64,000 nt of DNA from assembly GCA_051251855.1 (NCBI GenBank), contig JBPOGI010000001.1, positions 1,184,001 through 1,248,000 of the forward strand, given 5' to 3'. Shown here in pieces: positions 18,816-28,129 of this stretch. The stretch comes from Roseibacillus sp. GTDB lineage: Bacteria > Verrucomicrobiota > Verrucomicrobiia > Verrucomicrobiales > Akkermansiaceae. The notes beneath the pieces are model-generated. The model made no database searches and was not told the origin of the DNA. It saw only the letters and a list, made by a program, of their open reading frames with translations. Position numbers and translations under genes: made by a program. The first letter of the stretch is position 1. Every line of letters starts with the position of its first letter.

Positions 18816-20420
18816 GTGAACACTCTTCCTTTCTTCCTCCTTCTCTTTTTGGCAGCGGTCCCGCTGGTGGCCGAACCTGCTCAGGATTTTTTACGATTCA
18901 AGAACGGTGACACCTTGCACGGTCAGTTCAAAGGACTCGATGAGGGACCTCTTGTGAAATGGCAGAGCGACGAATCCCAAGACCCGATCCATTTCGAAAC
19001 CCAGAATCTGCGTAAACTCAGCCTCAACAACGGACGCTCGCAAAACCATTTGGAAAGCCCTGGACTTGTGATTCTCAACAATGGGGATCGCATCCCAGGG
19101 TCACTTATTGGAATGGGCGAAGACTCAGTCAGCTTACAAACTGAGTTTGCAGGCCTTCTCACTATCCCACGCGAGAACATCGAGCGAATCTCCCCCAATC
19201 GACATGGCGGCGGAGTTCTCTATGCAGGCCCCTTCAACGATGAGGATTGGAGCATTCCGGGAAAGACGCTCACGGCTCGGGGAGAAGAAGCCCCTCAAGA
19301 AGATGATGAGGAAGTCGCCCCCCCTCCTCCGAAAAGTTGGGTTCATGGCTCTGCGGCTTGGTATAGTAACTCCTCAGAGATCCTTCGTCTCAATAAGAGT
19401 CTTCCCAACCAAGTTTCCATCCGGTTCCGTCTCGCTTGGCAATCCCCGCTCAATGCCACCATTGCAGTCTTCGGCGACTTCCAGAGGCCCTTTCGTATAG
19501 ACTCACCACGAGTTCACCGGGTGGTCCCTCTGGCACAAGAGGTAGAACCCAACGCAGAAGAAGCAGAAGAAGCAGAAGAAGCAGAAGAAGCAGAAGAAGC
19601 AGAAGAAGCAGAAGACGCAGAAGAAGAGCCCGAAGAAGCTCCTCCCAAATTTGTCGATATTATGACGGAGGGAGTGGGTTCATCTGAGGCAGAGTCCTAT
19701 GGTAGCGGTTATCTTCTCTCAATTCTCTCAAGTTACTCCAGACTACAACGTCTCGGCTTCGACGATAAATTGCAGGGAAAGAAAACGTCGTTCCCGAATT
19801 CAGGGGGGCGCCTCAATCTAGGTGACCTCTATTCAGCTGATTTCGAGATTCGCGCCAATCGTGAAGAGGGAACGATGACCCTCTTTGTGAACGGTGTGTT
19901 TTACTCAGAATGGCAGGACTTGGCTGAACCTCTCGAAGAGGCTGAGCGCTATTTTGCTATTTCCGCCGGTGGAAAGTCCCGCATCCGAATCAGTGATGTG
20001 GTCATCGCAGAGTGGAATGGCATGCCAGATTCAGCCCGCAGTATGCAGACCAAGGACCGTGACGTGCTCCTCCTCACCAATGGCACTGATCGATTCTCGG
20101 GAGATATCTTAACCCTTGAAGAAGATGTCATTCGCCTCGAGTCCGACTATGGAGTGTTTCAAATCCCGTCTTCCGAGATTACCGATATCCAACTTGCTAC
20201 CAATTCAGTTTCTGAACCGCCGGAGTTCGAAGACGGAGAAATTAAGATCAGTTTTCAACCTAACGGACTTCTCACTCTCGTGCCCAAGGAAGGCCGCACA
20301 GAGACGCTCCAAGGAACCCACTCGATTCTTGGAGAACTTTCGCTCGACTTAACCTATGCCTATCTTCTGGAATTCGATGCGATAGGTTCAATTTTTGACA
20401 ACTGGGATGATGAATTTTAG
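18816..20420 (+). CDS. Exported hypothetical protein (paralog A) with NGD-x-L-x-G modules
   Basis: Signal peptide; FKNGDTLHG, LNNGDRIPG, LTNGTDRFSG; acidic AEE repeat. Confidence 0.75.
   Translation: MNTLPFFLLLFLAAVPLVAEPAQDFLRFKNGDTLHGQFKGLDEGPLVKWQSDESQDPIHFETQNLRKLSLNNGRSQNHLESPGLVILNNGDRIPGSLIGMGEDSVSLQTEFAGLLTIPRENIERISPNRHGGGVLYAGPFNDEDWSIPGKTLTARGEEAPQEDDEEVAPPPPKSWVHGSAAWYSNSSEILRLNKSLPNQVSIRFRLAWQSPLNATIAVFGDFQRPFRIDSPRVHRVVPLAQEVEPNAEEAEEAEEAEEAEEAEEAEDAEEEPEEAPPKFVDIMTEGVGSSEAESYGSGYLLSILSSYSRLQRLGFDDKLQGKKTSFPNSGGRLNLGDLYSADFEIRANREEGTMTLFVNGVFYSEWQDLAEPLEEAERYFAISAGGKSRIRISDVVIAEWNGMPDSARSMQTKDRDVLLLTNGTDRFSGDILTLEEDVIRLESDYGVFQIPSSEITDIQLATNSVSEPPEFEDGEIKISFQPNGLLTLVPKEGRTETLQGTHSILGELSLDLTYAYLLEFDAIGSIFDNWDDEF
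19554..19625 (+). repeat. 9-bp tandem repeat GCAGAAGAA x8 (7th unit GCAGAAGAC)
   Basis: Read directly; in frame (AEE)n. Confidence 0.95.
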
Positions 20421-21756
20421 ACCACTTCTTTTTACTTTAGCCACTTCGATCTGCATGGGCGAAGTCCTCACCCTCACCTCAGGCGCTCGCTTCGAGGGCG
20501 AGCTCCTGTCCATCAGCTCAGAGGAAGGAATTCTGCTCGATAGTCCGCGCGCACCAGAACCACTTGCGCTAAAGCTTGATTCTTTTTCTCTCTTGGAAAT
20601 GGATGGCCCAGTGGAGGCAGACCCATTTCAAACAGAACGCCTCGTTCTCGCTAACGGAGACATCTTACCAGGCAATCTTCGCTCGCTAGACAAAGAGGAA
20701 ATTGTTTACGAAGGACTCGTAGGAGGCAGCCTCATTTTGAACCGAAACAAAGTCAGCACCCTTCGCTTCGGAATCAAACCTCAATCCCTCCAATATGAGG
20801 GTCCTGCTCCTCTCAGTGAGTGGGCTGGCAATGGTCCTGAAAAGTGGATCATGAGCGAAGCCTCTTCAGATGGCCTACTGATGCTCGAGCCGGGTAAGAT
20901 GGAAAAGAACGTAGACCTAGGCTCTCAGTTCATTCTCAAGTTTGATCTCAAATGGCAGGAACGTCCTGCTATCCGTATCTACTTTGGCGCCGAAGCTTCC
21001 GAAAAGGCGCAACAGGACCGCTATTACATCGATTTGAACAGTGGAGGAATTCAGATCCGACGAGAGCGCTCGGTCGAGCCTCGCTGGCACATGCTGGTTT
21101 CCCTCAGTCAACTGGAGGCCTTCGATGATGACCAAGTGAGTGTCGAGCTGAGGGTCAACCGTTTGATTGGAACTCTCGACCTCTATCTTGATGGCAAACT
21201 AGTACGTCAGATGCTGGATTCGGCTCCTCCGACCCAAGGTGATTGCATAATTATCGAAAGAAGTCGTAGTGATAATTCGGCCTCATACCTATCGAACCTT
21301 CAGGTCTTTTCTTGGGATGCGGTCTCCCAGCTAGAACTGATGGAAGAACCCGGCGAGGGCCAAGTGGATAGCGTGGTTGATGCAGAAGGCAAAAGAATCT
21401 CCGGCCAGCTGATGGGACTATTCTCGCCTAAGAATGAAGGCAAGGAGGAAACAGAAAAGACGCCCGCTTCGTCTCACTTTCTACTTCAAAGCCCTTTTGC
21501 TGATGAGCCAGTTGAGATCCCCACGCAGAAGACTCGCATTATCTATTTTCAAAATACCATCAAGAACGCCCCTCCCAGCGTCTTCCCCAAATATGAACTC
21601 GACCTTGCCAACGACGGCATTGTTTCGGCCACCACCCTTTCGATGAACGACGATCAAATCACTCTGGAGCATCCGCTCTTAGGAAACTTGCAAGTCGCTC
21701 GATCAGCCGTGAAGCAGATTCGATATCTCCAAGAGTTGACTGACGAAGACGAATGA
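20407..21756 (+). CDS. Exported hypothetical protein (paralog B)
   Basis: LTSGARFEG, LANGDILPG, HPLLG.L C-terminus; overlaps the previous stop. Confidence 0.72.
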   Translation: MMNFRPLLFTLATSICMGEVLTLTSGARFEGELLSISSEEGILLDSPRAPEPLALKLDSFSLLEMDGPVEADPFQTERLVLANGDILPGNLRSLDKEEIVYEGLVGGSLILNRNKVSTLRFGIKPQSLQYEGPAPLSEWAGNGPEKWIMSEASSDGLLMLEPGKMEKNVDLGSQFILKFDLKWQERPAIRIYFGAEASEKAQQDRYYIDLNSGGIQIRRERSVEPRWHMLVSLSQLEAFDDDQVSVELRVNRLIGTLDLYLDGKLVRQMLDSAPPTQGDCIIIERSRSDNSASYLSNLQVFSWDAVSQLELMEEPGEGQVDSVVDAEGKRISGQLMGLFSPKNEGKEETEKTPASSHFLLQSPFADEPVEIPTQKTRIIYFQNTIKNAPPSVFPKYELDLANDGIVSATTLSMNDDQITLEHPLLGNLQVARSAVKQIRYLQELTDEDE

Positions 21757-23120
21757 AAACTACCCTCCCTCTCTTAATACTCGCGCTCGCAGCTTATAGC
21801 TCTTCCGCAGAAGAAAACTCAATCAAAGGTGAGCTCGTCTTTCCTGATGGGGATGCTTTCCCAGGAATTCCGGCAGGAGTTTCTGAGGAAGGTTTTCTTC
21901 TTTGGAAAAGCCCCCTCTTTATGAAGGACAAAGGCTCCTTCCTCACAACAGAAGTCGACACCATCAAATTGAGCGGACAGCGACCTGCTAAAAAAAATAA
22001 AACAGTTGCGACGATTACCTTTCAAAACCGAGTGGATAAAGCCTTCGATGTCATGGAAGCGGATCTCTTGGGCTTCGATGATGAATCAGTAAAACTTCGA
22101 ACGTGGTATGCGGGAGATCTGACCCTCAAGCGTTCAATGCTTCACATGATTGAGGTCTCTACCGAGTCCCCCGCTATCATTGATGGTCCGGGACGGATAG
22201 ATGAGTGGCAAACACTCGAAAGCGCTAGTGCCTGGCGTATCGATGGCAGAAACCTAGTGTCATCTGCGCGCGGTTCTATTGCTCGAGAGCTTCCGCAACT
22301 CCCGGATCAAATCCATATTGAGTTCGACCTATTTTTCGATTATTCCCCCTATTTGAGGCTGCACTTGTTTGCAGATTCAGGGGACGAAATCATTCCTCGC
22401 ACTGGCTACTCAATCTCGATTCAACGAGGCACGATGCAATTCCTTAAGAAAGTCGACAATCGCAGCGTCCCGATACAGATGGACCACTTTGGACGACGAC
22501 ATGATTTTCAAGAAGATGATCGCACCCACGCGGAATTGTTTGTTGACCGAACCAAGGGTAAGTTTCACCTCTACCTCGACGATGAACTAGTCAGTGCCTC
22601 AACCGATCCAGAACCACTTACAGAGGATCACTGGTTTCACCTTGCGACTTTGCGCGGTCTCGAACAAACAATCTCTAACTTTGCGATTCGAGCTTGGGAT
22701 GGAAAGCTCCCCGAACGCCGAGACTTTCTTGATTTCCGCCAAGAGCTTCCCATGCAAGGAGAGCAAATCGAGTTGCAAAACGGAGACACCATTATCGGCA
22801 AAGCAACCTCGATTTCAGAAGGAAAACTCAAAATCAATACCGAATATGTGCCCGTATCTGTCCCTATTGAGCGCCTGAGTTCCTTTCAAGTCACCAGCAA
22901 AGAAAACCGTGAAGAACCTCGGCTCTACCGCGGGGACGTTCGGGCATACTTCCATCATGGAGGACATGTCACTTTGCAACTGAAAGGTTTTACCGAAACA
23001 AGTATCACGGGATACTCACAGGTCTTTGGAAATGCCACTTTCGAACTGCAAGCCTTCACACACATCGAGTTCAACCCCTACGACCCAGAGTTTAGGGCGC
23101 GCAGGGGTCTGCCTTTCTAG
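21753..23120 (+). CDS. Exported hypothetical protein (paralog C)
   Basis: Signal peptide; FPDGDAFPG, LQNGDTIIG, SQVFG C-terminus; ATGA overlap. Confidence 0.75.
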   Translation: MKTTLPLLILALAAYSSSAEENSIKGELVFPDGDAFPGIPAGVSEEGFLLWKSPLFMKDKGSFLTTEVDTIKLSGQRPAKKNKTVATITFQNRVDKAFDVMEADLLGFDDESVKLRTWYAGDLTLKRSMLHMIEVSTESPAIIDGPGRIDEWQTLESASAWRIDGRNLVSSARGSIARELPQLPDQIHIEFDLFFDYSPYLRLHLFADSGDEIIPRTGYSISIQRGTMQFLKKVDNRSVPIQMDHFGRRHDFQEDDRTHAELFVDRTKGKFHLYLDDELVSASTDPEPLTEDHWFHLATLRGLEQTISNFAIRAWDGKLPERRDFLDFRQELPMQGEQIELQNGDTIIGKATSISEGKLKINTEYVPVSVPIERLSSFQVTSKENREEPRLYRGDVRAYFHHGGHVTLQLKGFTETSITGYSQVFGNATFELQAFTHIEFNPYDPEFRARRGLPF

Positions 23121-23180
23121 GAAAGACGACAGACCTTTTCCTGTTCGCTGGCAGTAAGACTTTGTCTACTCAGGCCAACG

Positions 23181-24173
23181 GTGACGGTCCCTTTCAAATT
23201 CGCAATTCCTCTCCTCTTCATCATTCCACTCGTGATGTGGTTGTCGGGTATTCGCAAATACGACTTTATGACTCCTCGGGACATTCCTGCGAGCGAGCTC
23301 CGACCTGAATTTGCTTCGCCAGTGGAAATCGAACTTGGCGAACTGGCGAAAGGGCAAGACCCGTCAGCAAACGAGATGGAAGCGCCTGCAATGCCTGAAA
23401 TCGATCTCGGAGACTTCCAGACGGCACCGGGACTCGACGAATATCGTGATAGTGCGGAGCTGGGTGCCTCTTCCCTTTTGAAGCTCGCCCAAAAACTACA
23501 GAATGCAGGCCAGGTGCAACGGGCAGTATTGGCTTTTGAGCGTATTCTGGATTCGACCCCCACTGGAGGCTCAGCAAACATAGAAGCCGAAAGAGCACTC
23601 GCGAATTTAAAGGCTAACCTCCCCCTTTGGAACTCGGATTCTACAGCCGCAGTTCCCTTAGAGATCCATTTTGACACCGCGAGGGACCCCGACTCGTTGA
23701 ATGGCGCGATAGCGACCCTATCCGAGCTCATTTCAGTTGGTAGTGGAAACCAATGCCAACCAAACTTTCAAATCCGAGTTTCGGCAATGCCCAGCGAACA
23801 GCTCCCCTCCTTACCCGTAGCTATTTGGATGACGGTTCCTGGAGAAGACCCCGACAAGCCCTCTCTTGCTGTTGTCACCTTGGCTCCAAAGTCTGATGAG
23901 AACCTCAACGCTCGTCTCACTCATGGACTTTATCGTCTTCTCTCGCGACGAATCACCTCTATCGGCCAGCTAACCCCTCTCCCCCCACTCCTCCAAGGGG
24001 AAGACCCTGAGAACGCCGTGGTCAACAAGGTGACTCGACTCGCTTGGAAACAAATCCTCGCCACCCCCTTTCAATCTCTTGAGGCAGGACCGCCCAGCGA
24101 AGGCACCAACGATGACTCCTCCGAGAGCTCCGAACCTGCTGATGTATCAGAAGGAGAAGAAATCGCACAGTAA
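23181..24173 (+). CDS. Membrane-anchored hypothetical protein with a TPR-like hairpin
   Basis: N-terminal TM; LAQKLQNAGQVQRAVLAFERILD. Confidence 0.7.
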   Translation: MTVPFKFAIPLLFIIPLVMWLSGIRKYDFMTPRDIPASELRPEFASPVEIELGELAKGQDPSANEMEAPAMPEIDLGDFQTAPGLDEYRDSAELGASSLLKLAQKLQNAGQVQRAVLAFERILDSTPTGGSANIEAERALANLKANLPLWNSDSTAAVPLEIHFDTARDPDSLNGAIATLSELISVGSGNQCQPNFQIRVSAMPSEQLPSLPVAIWMTVPGEDPDKPSLAVVTLAPKSDENLNARLTHGLYRLLSRRITSIGQLTPLPPLLQGEDPENAVVNKVTRLAWKQILATPFQSLEAGPPSEGTNDDSSESSEPADVSEGEEIAQ

Positions 24174-24224
24174 TGACGATTTTCCAAAGACAGCGACCTT
24201 TTGGGACGTTACGGTGGAGAAGAT

Positions 24225-24917
24225 ATGAAACTGATTTGTGTTCTTGTTGCTTTCTTACTCAACAGCACCCCTGTGTGGGGCGACAAGCCCGAGGTCATTG
24301 AGCTAGGTGAGGGCAAATACAAGTTAGGCCAAGTCACCTTTGACGAAAATACGCGGCGAATCAGTTTTCCTGCCGAAATCAACCAACAAGAAGGCATCAT
24401 CGAGTACGCCATAGTACATGAAAAAGGGAAAATTCATGAGTCCCTGCTCATCACCACCACTTCCGCTTTTCATCTCAATGTCGCTTTGCAACTGCTCCGC
24501 TATCAAAGCTCACCCGAACTCTTTCCTATTCTCAACGACGACTTCGAGAGCACAGGCAAGTATCCTCAGGTTCCAGAAGCTCAGAAGACGGCCTCTCGCC
24601 TGCAAGTGCTAGTCAGCTGGGAGATTGACGGAAAGAAGGAAGAAGCCTCCCTAAACGACCTCATTTACCACGTCGGAAACGAGAGCGCGATGGAACCCTT
24701 ACCATGGATCTACCAGGGCTCATACATCCACGAGAACTCCTTTAAAGCGGAGACCTCAGGAGATCTCGCTGCCATCTATATCACACGCTCATCGCTCATT
24801 AATTTTTCAGGGAAAGATAACGAAATGGACGAGCCATGGATACCCAACCGAAAACGAATTCCTCCCGTCACCACCCCCGTCACCGTCACCTTCGCTCCTC
24901 TTCTTGAGAAAAAATAA
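24225..24917 (+). CDS. YdjY-like domain exported protein
   Basis: ISFPAEIN..GIIEY.IV..KGK.HESLL, WIYQGS, IPPV.TPVTV pattern; ATG at 24225 begins a signal peptide. Confidence 0.75.
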   Translation: MKLICVLVAFLLNSTPVWGDKPEVIELGEGKYKLGQVTFDENTRRISFPAEINQQEGIIEYAIVHEKGKIHESLLITTTSAFHLNVALQLLRYQSSPELFPILNDDFESTGKYPQVPEAQKTASRLQVLVSWEIDGKKEEASLNDLIYHVGNESAMEPLPWIYQGSYIHENSFKAETSGDLAAIYITRSSLINFSGKDNEMDEPWIPNRKRIPPVTTPVTVTFAPLLEKK

Positions 24918-24939
24918 TCGTCCCATTAGTCAACTCACC

Positions 24940-26094
24940 ATGAAAACACTCCTCACTCTCCTCTGCATCACGGCAAGCCTCGCTGCCCAGCAAGTCACCG
25001 AGAACAAAGAAGTCGCTCACCCGTATCTCTCGCTCAAACTCGAGTCCGAACGGACGATCTCCACCGGCATCGCTTTCCTGAAAAGCCAACAGCAGCCTGA
25101 AGGAAATTGGGGAGACCCGAAAACTCCAGCGATTACCGCTCTCGCTCTCACTGGCGTCTTAAGGGACCCAAATTTTGATAATAAAGCCGAAACGCCTGAT
25201 TGGCTGGCACGAGGATTTGAATTTCTACGCGCCAATCAAAAATCTGATGGTGGGATCTACGGAAAAGGAATGGCTACCTACAACACTTCTACCTCCATGA
25301 TGGCCTTTCTCGCGCTGGGAAAGAAAGAGGACGAGCCTTTACTACTCAAGGCGCGCGCCTTCCTCATCAATCAGCAAACAGACTGGGGAAACAAGGGAGA
25401 GTCAGACGATCAGTTCGATGGTGGCATCGGTTATGGAGGCACCTATGCCCACTCCGACATGTCGAACACTTACCTTTCTTTGGAAGCGCTTTATCACACC
25501 AAGCAATTGGCAACCGATTCTGAACACGGCAAACAACCTAAACTCGACTGGGAAGCAGCGATGACCTTCGTATCTCGCTGCCAAAACCTTCCTGAAACCA
25601 ACGACCAAGAATTTGCCTCTGACGACCCAGACAACAAGGGAGGATTCGTCTACTTCCCCAACGATAGTAAGGCCGGCGAACAGGAACTCGCTGATGGCAC
25701 TGTTGCGCTTCGCTCCTATGGCTCCATGTCCTATGCAGGTCTCCTATCTTTCATCTATGCTGATGTCGAAAAAGATGACCCTCGCATCGTCGCTGTCATT
25801 AATTGGCTAAGCAAAAACTACACCCTCGATGAGAACCCCGGCTTGGGAGAACAAGGCCTCTACTACTACTACCAGACCATCGCTAAAGCCTACTCCGCTG
25901 CGGGAATTGACAAAGTTCAGTTGCCCAATGGCAAGGAAGTAGACTGGCGGATGGACCTCACCCGCAAACTCCTTTCCACTCAGCGAGAAGATGGGTCATG
26001 GATCAATGCCAATTCACGTTGGTGGGAGAACGACCCTGTGCTGGTCACTTCCTACACTCTCCTTTCTCTCGCTCAGTTACACGCTGTGATGTAG
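24940..26094 (+). CDS. Exported prenyltransferase/squalene-cyclase repeat protein, second family
   Basis: FLKSQQQPEGNW, QKSDGGIY, SDMSNT, RSYGSMSYAGL, QREDGSW; signal peptide from MKTLL. Confidence 0.85.
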   Translation: MKTLLTLLCITASLAAQQVTENKEVAHPYLSLKLESERTISTGIAFLKSQQQPEGNWGDPKTPAITALALTGVLRDPNFDNKAETPDWLARGFEFLRANQKSDGGIYGKGMATYNTSTSMMAFLALGKKEDEPLLLKARAFLINQQTDWGNKGESDDQFDGGIGYGGTYAHSDMSNTYLSLEALYHTKQLATDSEHGKQPKLDWEAAMTFVSRCQNLPETNDQEFASDDPDNKGGFVYFPNDSKAGEQELADGTVALRSYGSMSYAGLLSFIYADVEKDDPRIVAVINWLSKNYTLDENPGLGEQGLYYYYQTIAKAYSAAGIDKVQLPNGKEVDWRMDLTRKLLSTQREDGSWINANSRWWENDPVLVTSYTLLSLAQLHAVM

Positions 26095-26118
26095 CCTCTC
26101 TCCTGGCCATTCCGTCTG

Positions 26119-28125
26119 ATGACTGTTCGTGATTACGCCGAGAAGATTCTTCTTTCCGAAACTCTAGAGGAAAAGCTCGCGCCACCCCCTCAAGGGCTAT
26201 CTCTAGATCCACCTCGCAAAGGAAGCTATCGCTCCCCCGACCTCCCCGGACGTCCAGAGCTGCTTCGCCCGAGGAGTTCCAAAGAAACAAGAACGAAGAT
26301 CCCCTCCGTCGAGCAACTCGGCAACGAAGAACACCGTTCCGTCCTTCTCCACTTCTTTTGCAATCATGAGCTCCTTGCCGTCGAGCTCATGGCGCTCGCG
26401 CTCCTCAAGTTTCCCGATGCGCCAGACGCCTTTCGTCGTGGCCTACTCCATACTCTCCAAGAAGAACAGGAGCATACTCGGCTTTATCTCGACCGAATGG
26501 CGGCTACAGGCACCCAGTTCGGTGACCACAGCCTTTCTAGTATGATCTGGGACCACATCGCAACGATGACTTCTCCCTTGGAGTATGTCTCACGGCTTTC
26601 CCTCACTTTCGAGCAAAGCAACCTCGACTATGCAAACTACTATTCGAAGGCCTTCGCACGTGTTGGTGACGAAACCACTTCTGACCTCCTCGCCAAAATC
26701 TATAAAGATGAGATTGCCCATGTCGGTTATGGGCTCAAGTGGCTTCGTCGCTTCAAACAGGAAAAAGAATCGGACTGGGATGCTTGGCATCGCTCTTTAG
26801 CACACCCCTTGAGCCCAGTGCGTGCCAAGGCTCCAGAGCGCACCGTCCCTTTCAACACCCAAGGACGCGAAAAGGCAGGGCTCGACTCTGACTTCATCGA
26901 CAACCTGAAAATCTATCAGCGTTCACGAGGTCGGACCCCATTCGTCCATTTCTTTAATCCCAATGGAGAGGCACACACCGCGGCCGCCCTTCAGCAGAAA
27001 CAATATCAACCGAATAAGTCGGCCTCCCATTTAGAACAAGACCTCGAAGCACTCATTCTTGCAAATGGACATCCGGACGACCTCGCTTTGATGAGAGTCC
27101 CTCCCTCCGCCCAGCATCTTGCAACATTAAGAGACGCAGGCCTACCTCTTCCCGAAGTAGCCTCTCTTGAAGACGTGTCGCTCTTGTCTCAACGCAAGCT
27201 GGGAGGGTTTCAGCCTTGGGCTTGGACTCCCGATTCGAGCCAGCTCTTTGCTCCCCTGCGAAATAATCCAACTTCGAATTCTATTCACTCTTGGAGAGCC
27301 CCTCTCGCGCCTGAACTACTTTCGAAATCTCTCACAACTCAAGCAACTCAACATCTAGGATTAGCCAACAACGAAAGCTTCTTCTTTGATTCGGCTTACA
27401 ACGCTCACGCCTTCATTGGGCAGGAAAGGAAGAAGGGGCCCCTTCTCTTGAAGCCCAACCTCGGTTGTGCAGGCCGTGGACATCTCACAGTAGACGATAA
27501 TACATCTGAAGAGACCCTATCCTCGTGGATTCAGCAAACGATCAAGGCTCAAGGGGCTTTCGTTATCGAACCCCTACTCGATCGGTGTTTCGACTTTTCA
27601 GCTCTCTACGATATCAATTCGGAGGGAGAGAGCCGCTTCATCGCCTTCACTCAGCTGATTACAGACTCGCGTGGAAAGTATCTAGGCACACGCGTCGCAC
27701 CTAAAATTGGAAACCTTTTCCCGACTAACCTTACCGTTCTCTTCCATCAGGAATGTATTGAAGCCGAGGGAGAGCAGATGTCAGGCCCCCATTTCTACAA
27801 AAAAATACTCCCCCGCGCCCTTTCTCGCCTCTTGCCGGACTACTCCGGACCGGTAGCGGTGGACGGACTCTTTTACAAGAACCGCTCAGAAGATATCCAA
27901 GTCCGACCCATTGTCGAAATCAACGCTCGTTGCTCCATGGGCCGCATTGCCCACAATTTGCGACGTAAGCTTGCCCCCAATTCAGTGGGAGAGCTGACGA
28001 TTCACAGTGTTAAAAAGCAGAAAGGAAAGCTTCCTGCGGGCCTCCCCATTAACGACCCCTCCACCGCGCAAAGCTTCCTTGCTGTTTGGAGCACCGACGA
28101 GAACATCCCCTCTAAAGAGCACTAA
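26119..28125 (+). CDS. DUF455 ferritin-like diiron domain fused to an ATP-grasp-like domain
   Basis: HFFCNHELLA, EEQEH, FEQSNLD, DEIAHV; C-terminal LLKPNLGCAGRG, VIEPLLDR, GPVAVDG, VEINAR. Confidence 0.8.
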   Translation: MTVRDYAEKILLSETLEEKLAPPPQGLSLDPPRKGSYRSPDLPGRPELLRPRSSKETRTKIPSVEQLGNEEHRSVLLHFFCNHELLAVELMALALLKFPDAPDAFRRGLLHTLQEEQEHTRLYLDRMAATGTQFGDHSLSSMIWDHIATMTSPLEYVSRLSLTFEQSNLDYANYYSKAFARVGDETTSDLLAKIYKDEIAHVGYGLKWLRRFKQEKESDWDAWHRSLAHPLSPVRAKAPERTVPFNTQGREKAGLDSDFIDNLKIYQRSRGRTPFVHFFNPNGEAHTAAALQQKQYQPNKSASHLEQDLEALILANGHPDDLALMRVPPSAQHLATLRDAGLPLPEVASLEDVSLLSQRKLGGFQPWAWTPDSSQLFAPLRNNPTSNSIHSWRAPLAPELLSKSLTTQATQHLGLANNESFFFDSAYNAHAFIGQERKKGPLLLKPNLGCAGRGHLTVDDNTSEETLSSWIQQTIKAQGAFVIEPLLDRCFDFSALYDINSEGESRFIAFTQLITDSRGKYLGTRVAPKIGNLFPTNLTVLFHQECIEAEGEQMSGPHFYKKILPRALSRLLPDYSGPVAVDGLFYKNRSEDIQVRPIVEINARCSMGRIAHNLRRKLAPNSVGELTIHSVKKQKGKLPAGLPINDPSTAQSFLAVWSTDENIPSKEH

Positions 28126-28129
28126 AAAA

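Noticed and set aside
17829..26094. Terpene/hopanoid biosynthetic cluster
   Set aside because: The proteins are exported, half-length and lack DXDD; no squalene synthase or hpn genes are nearby.
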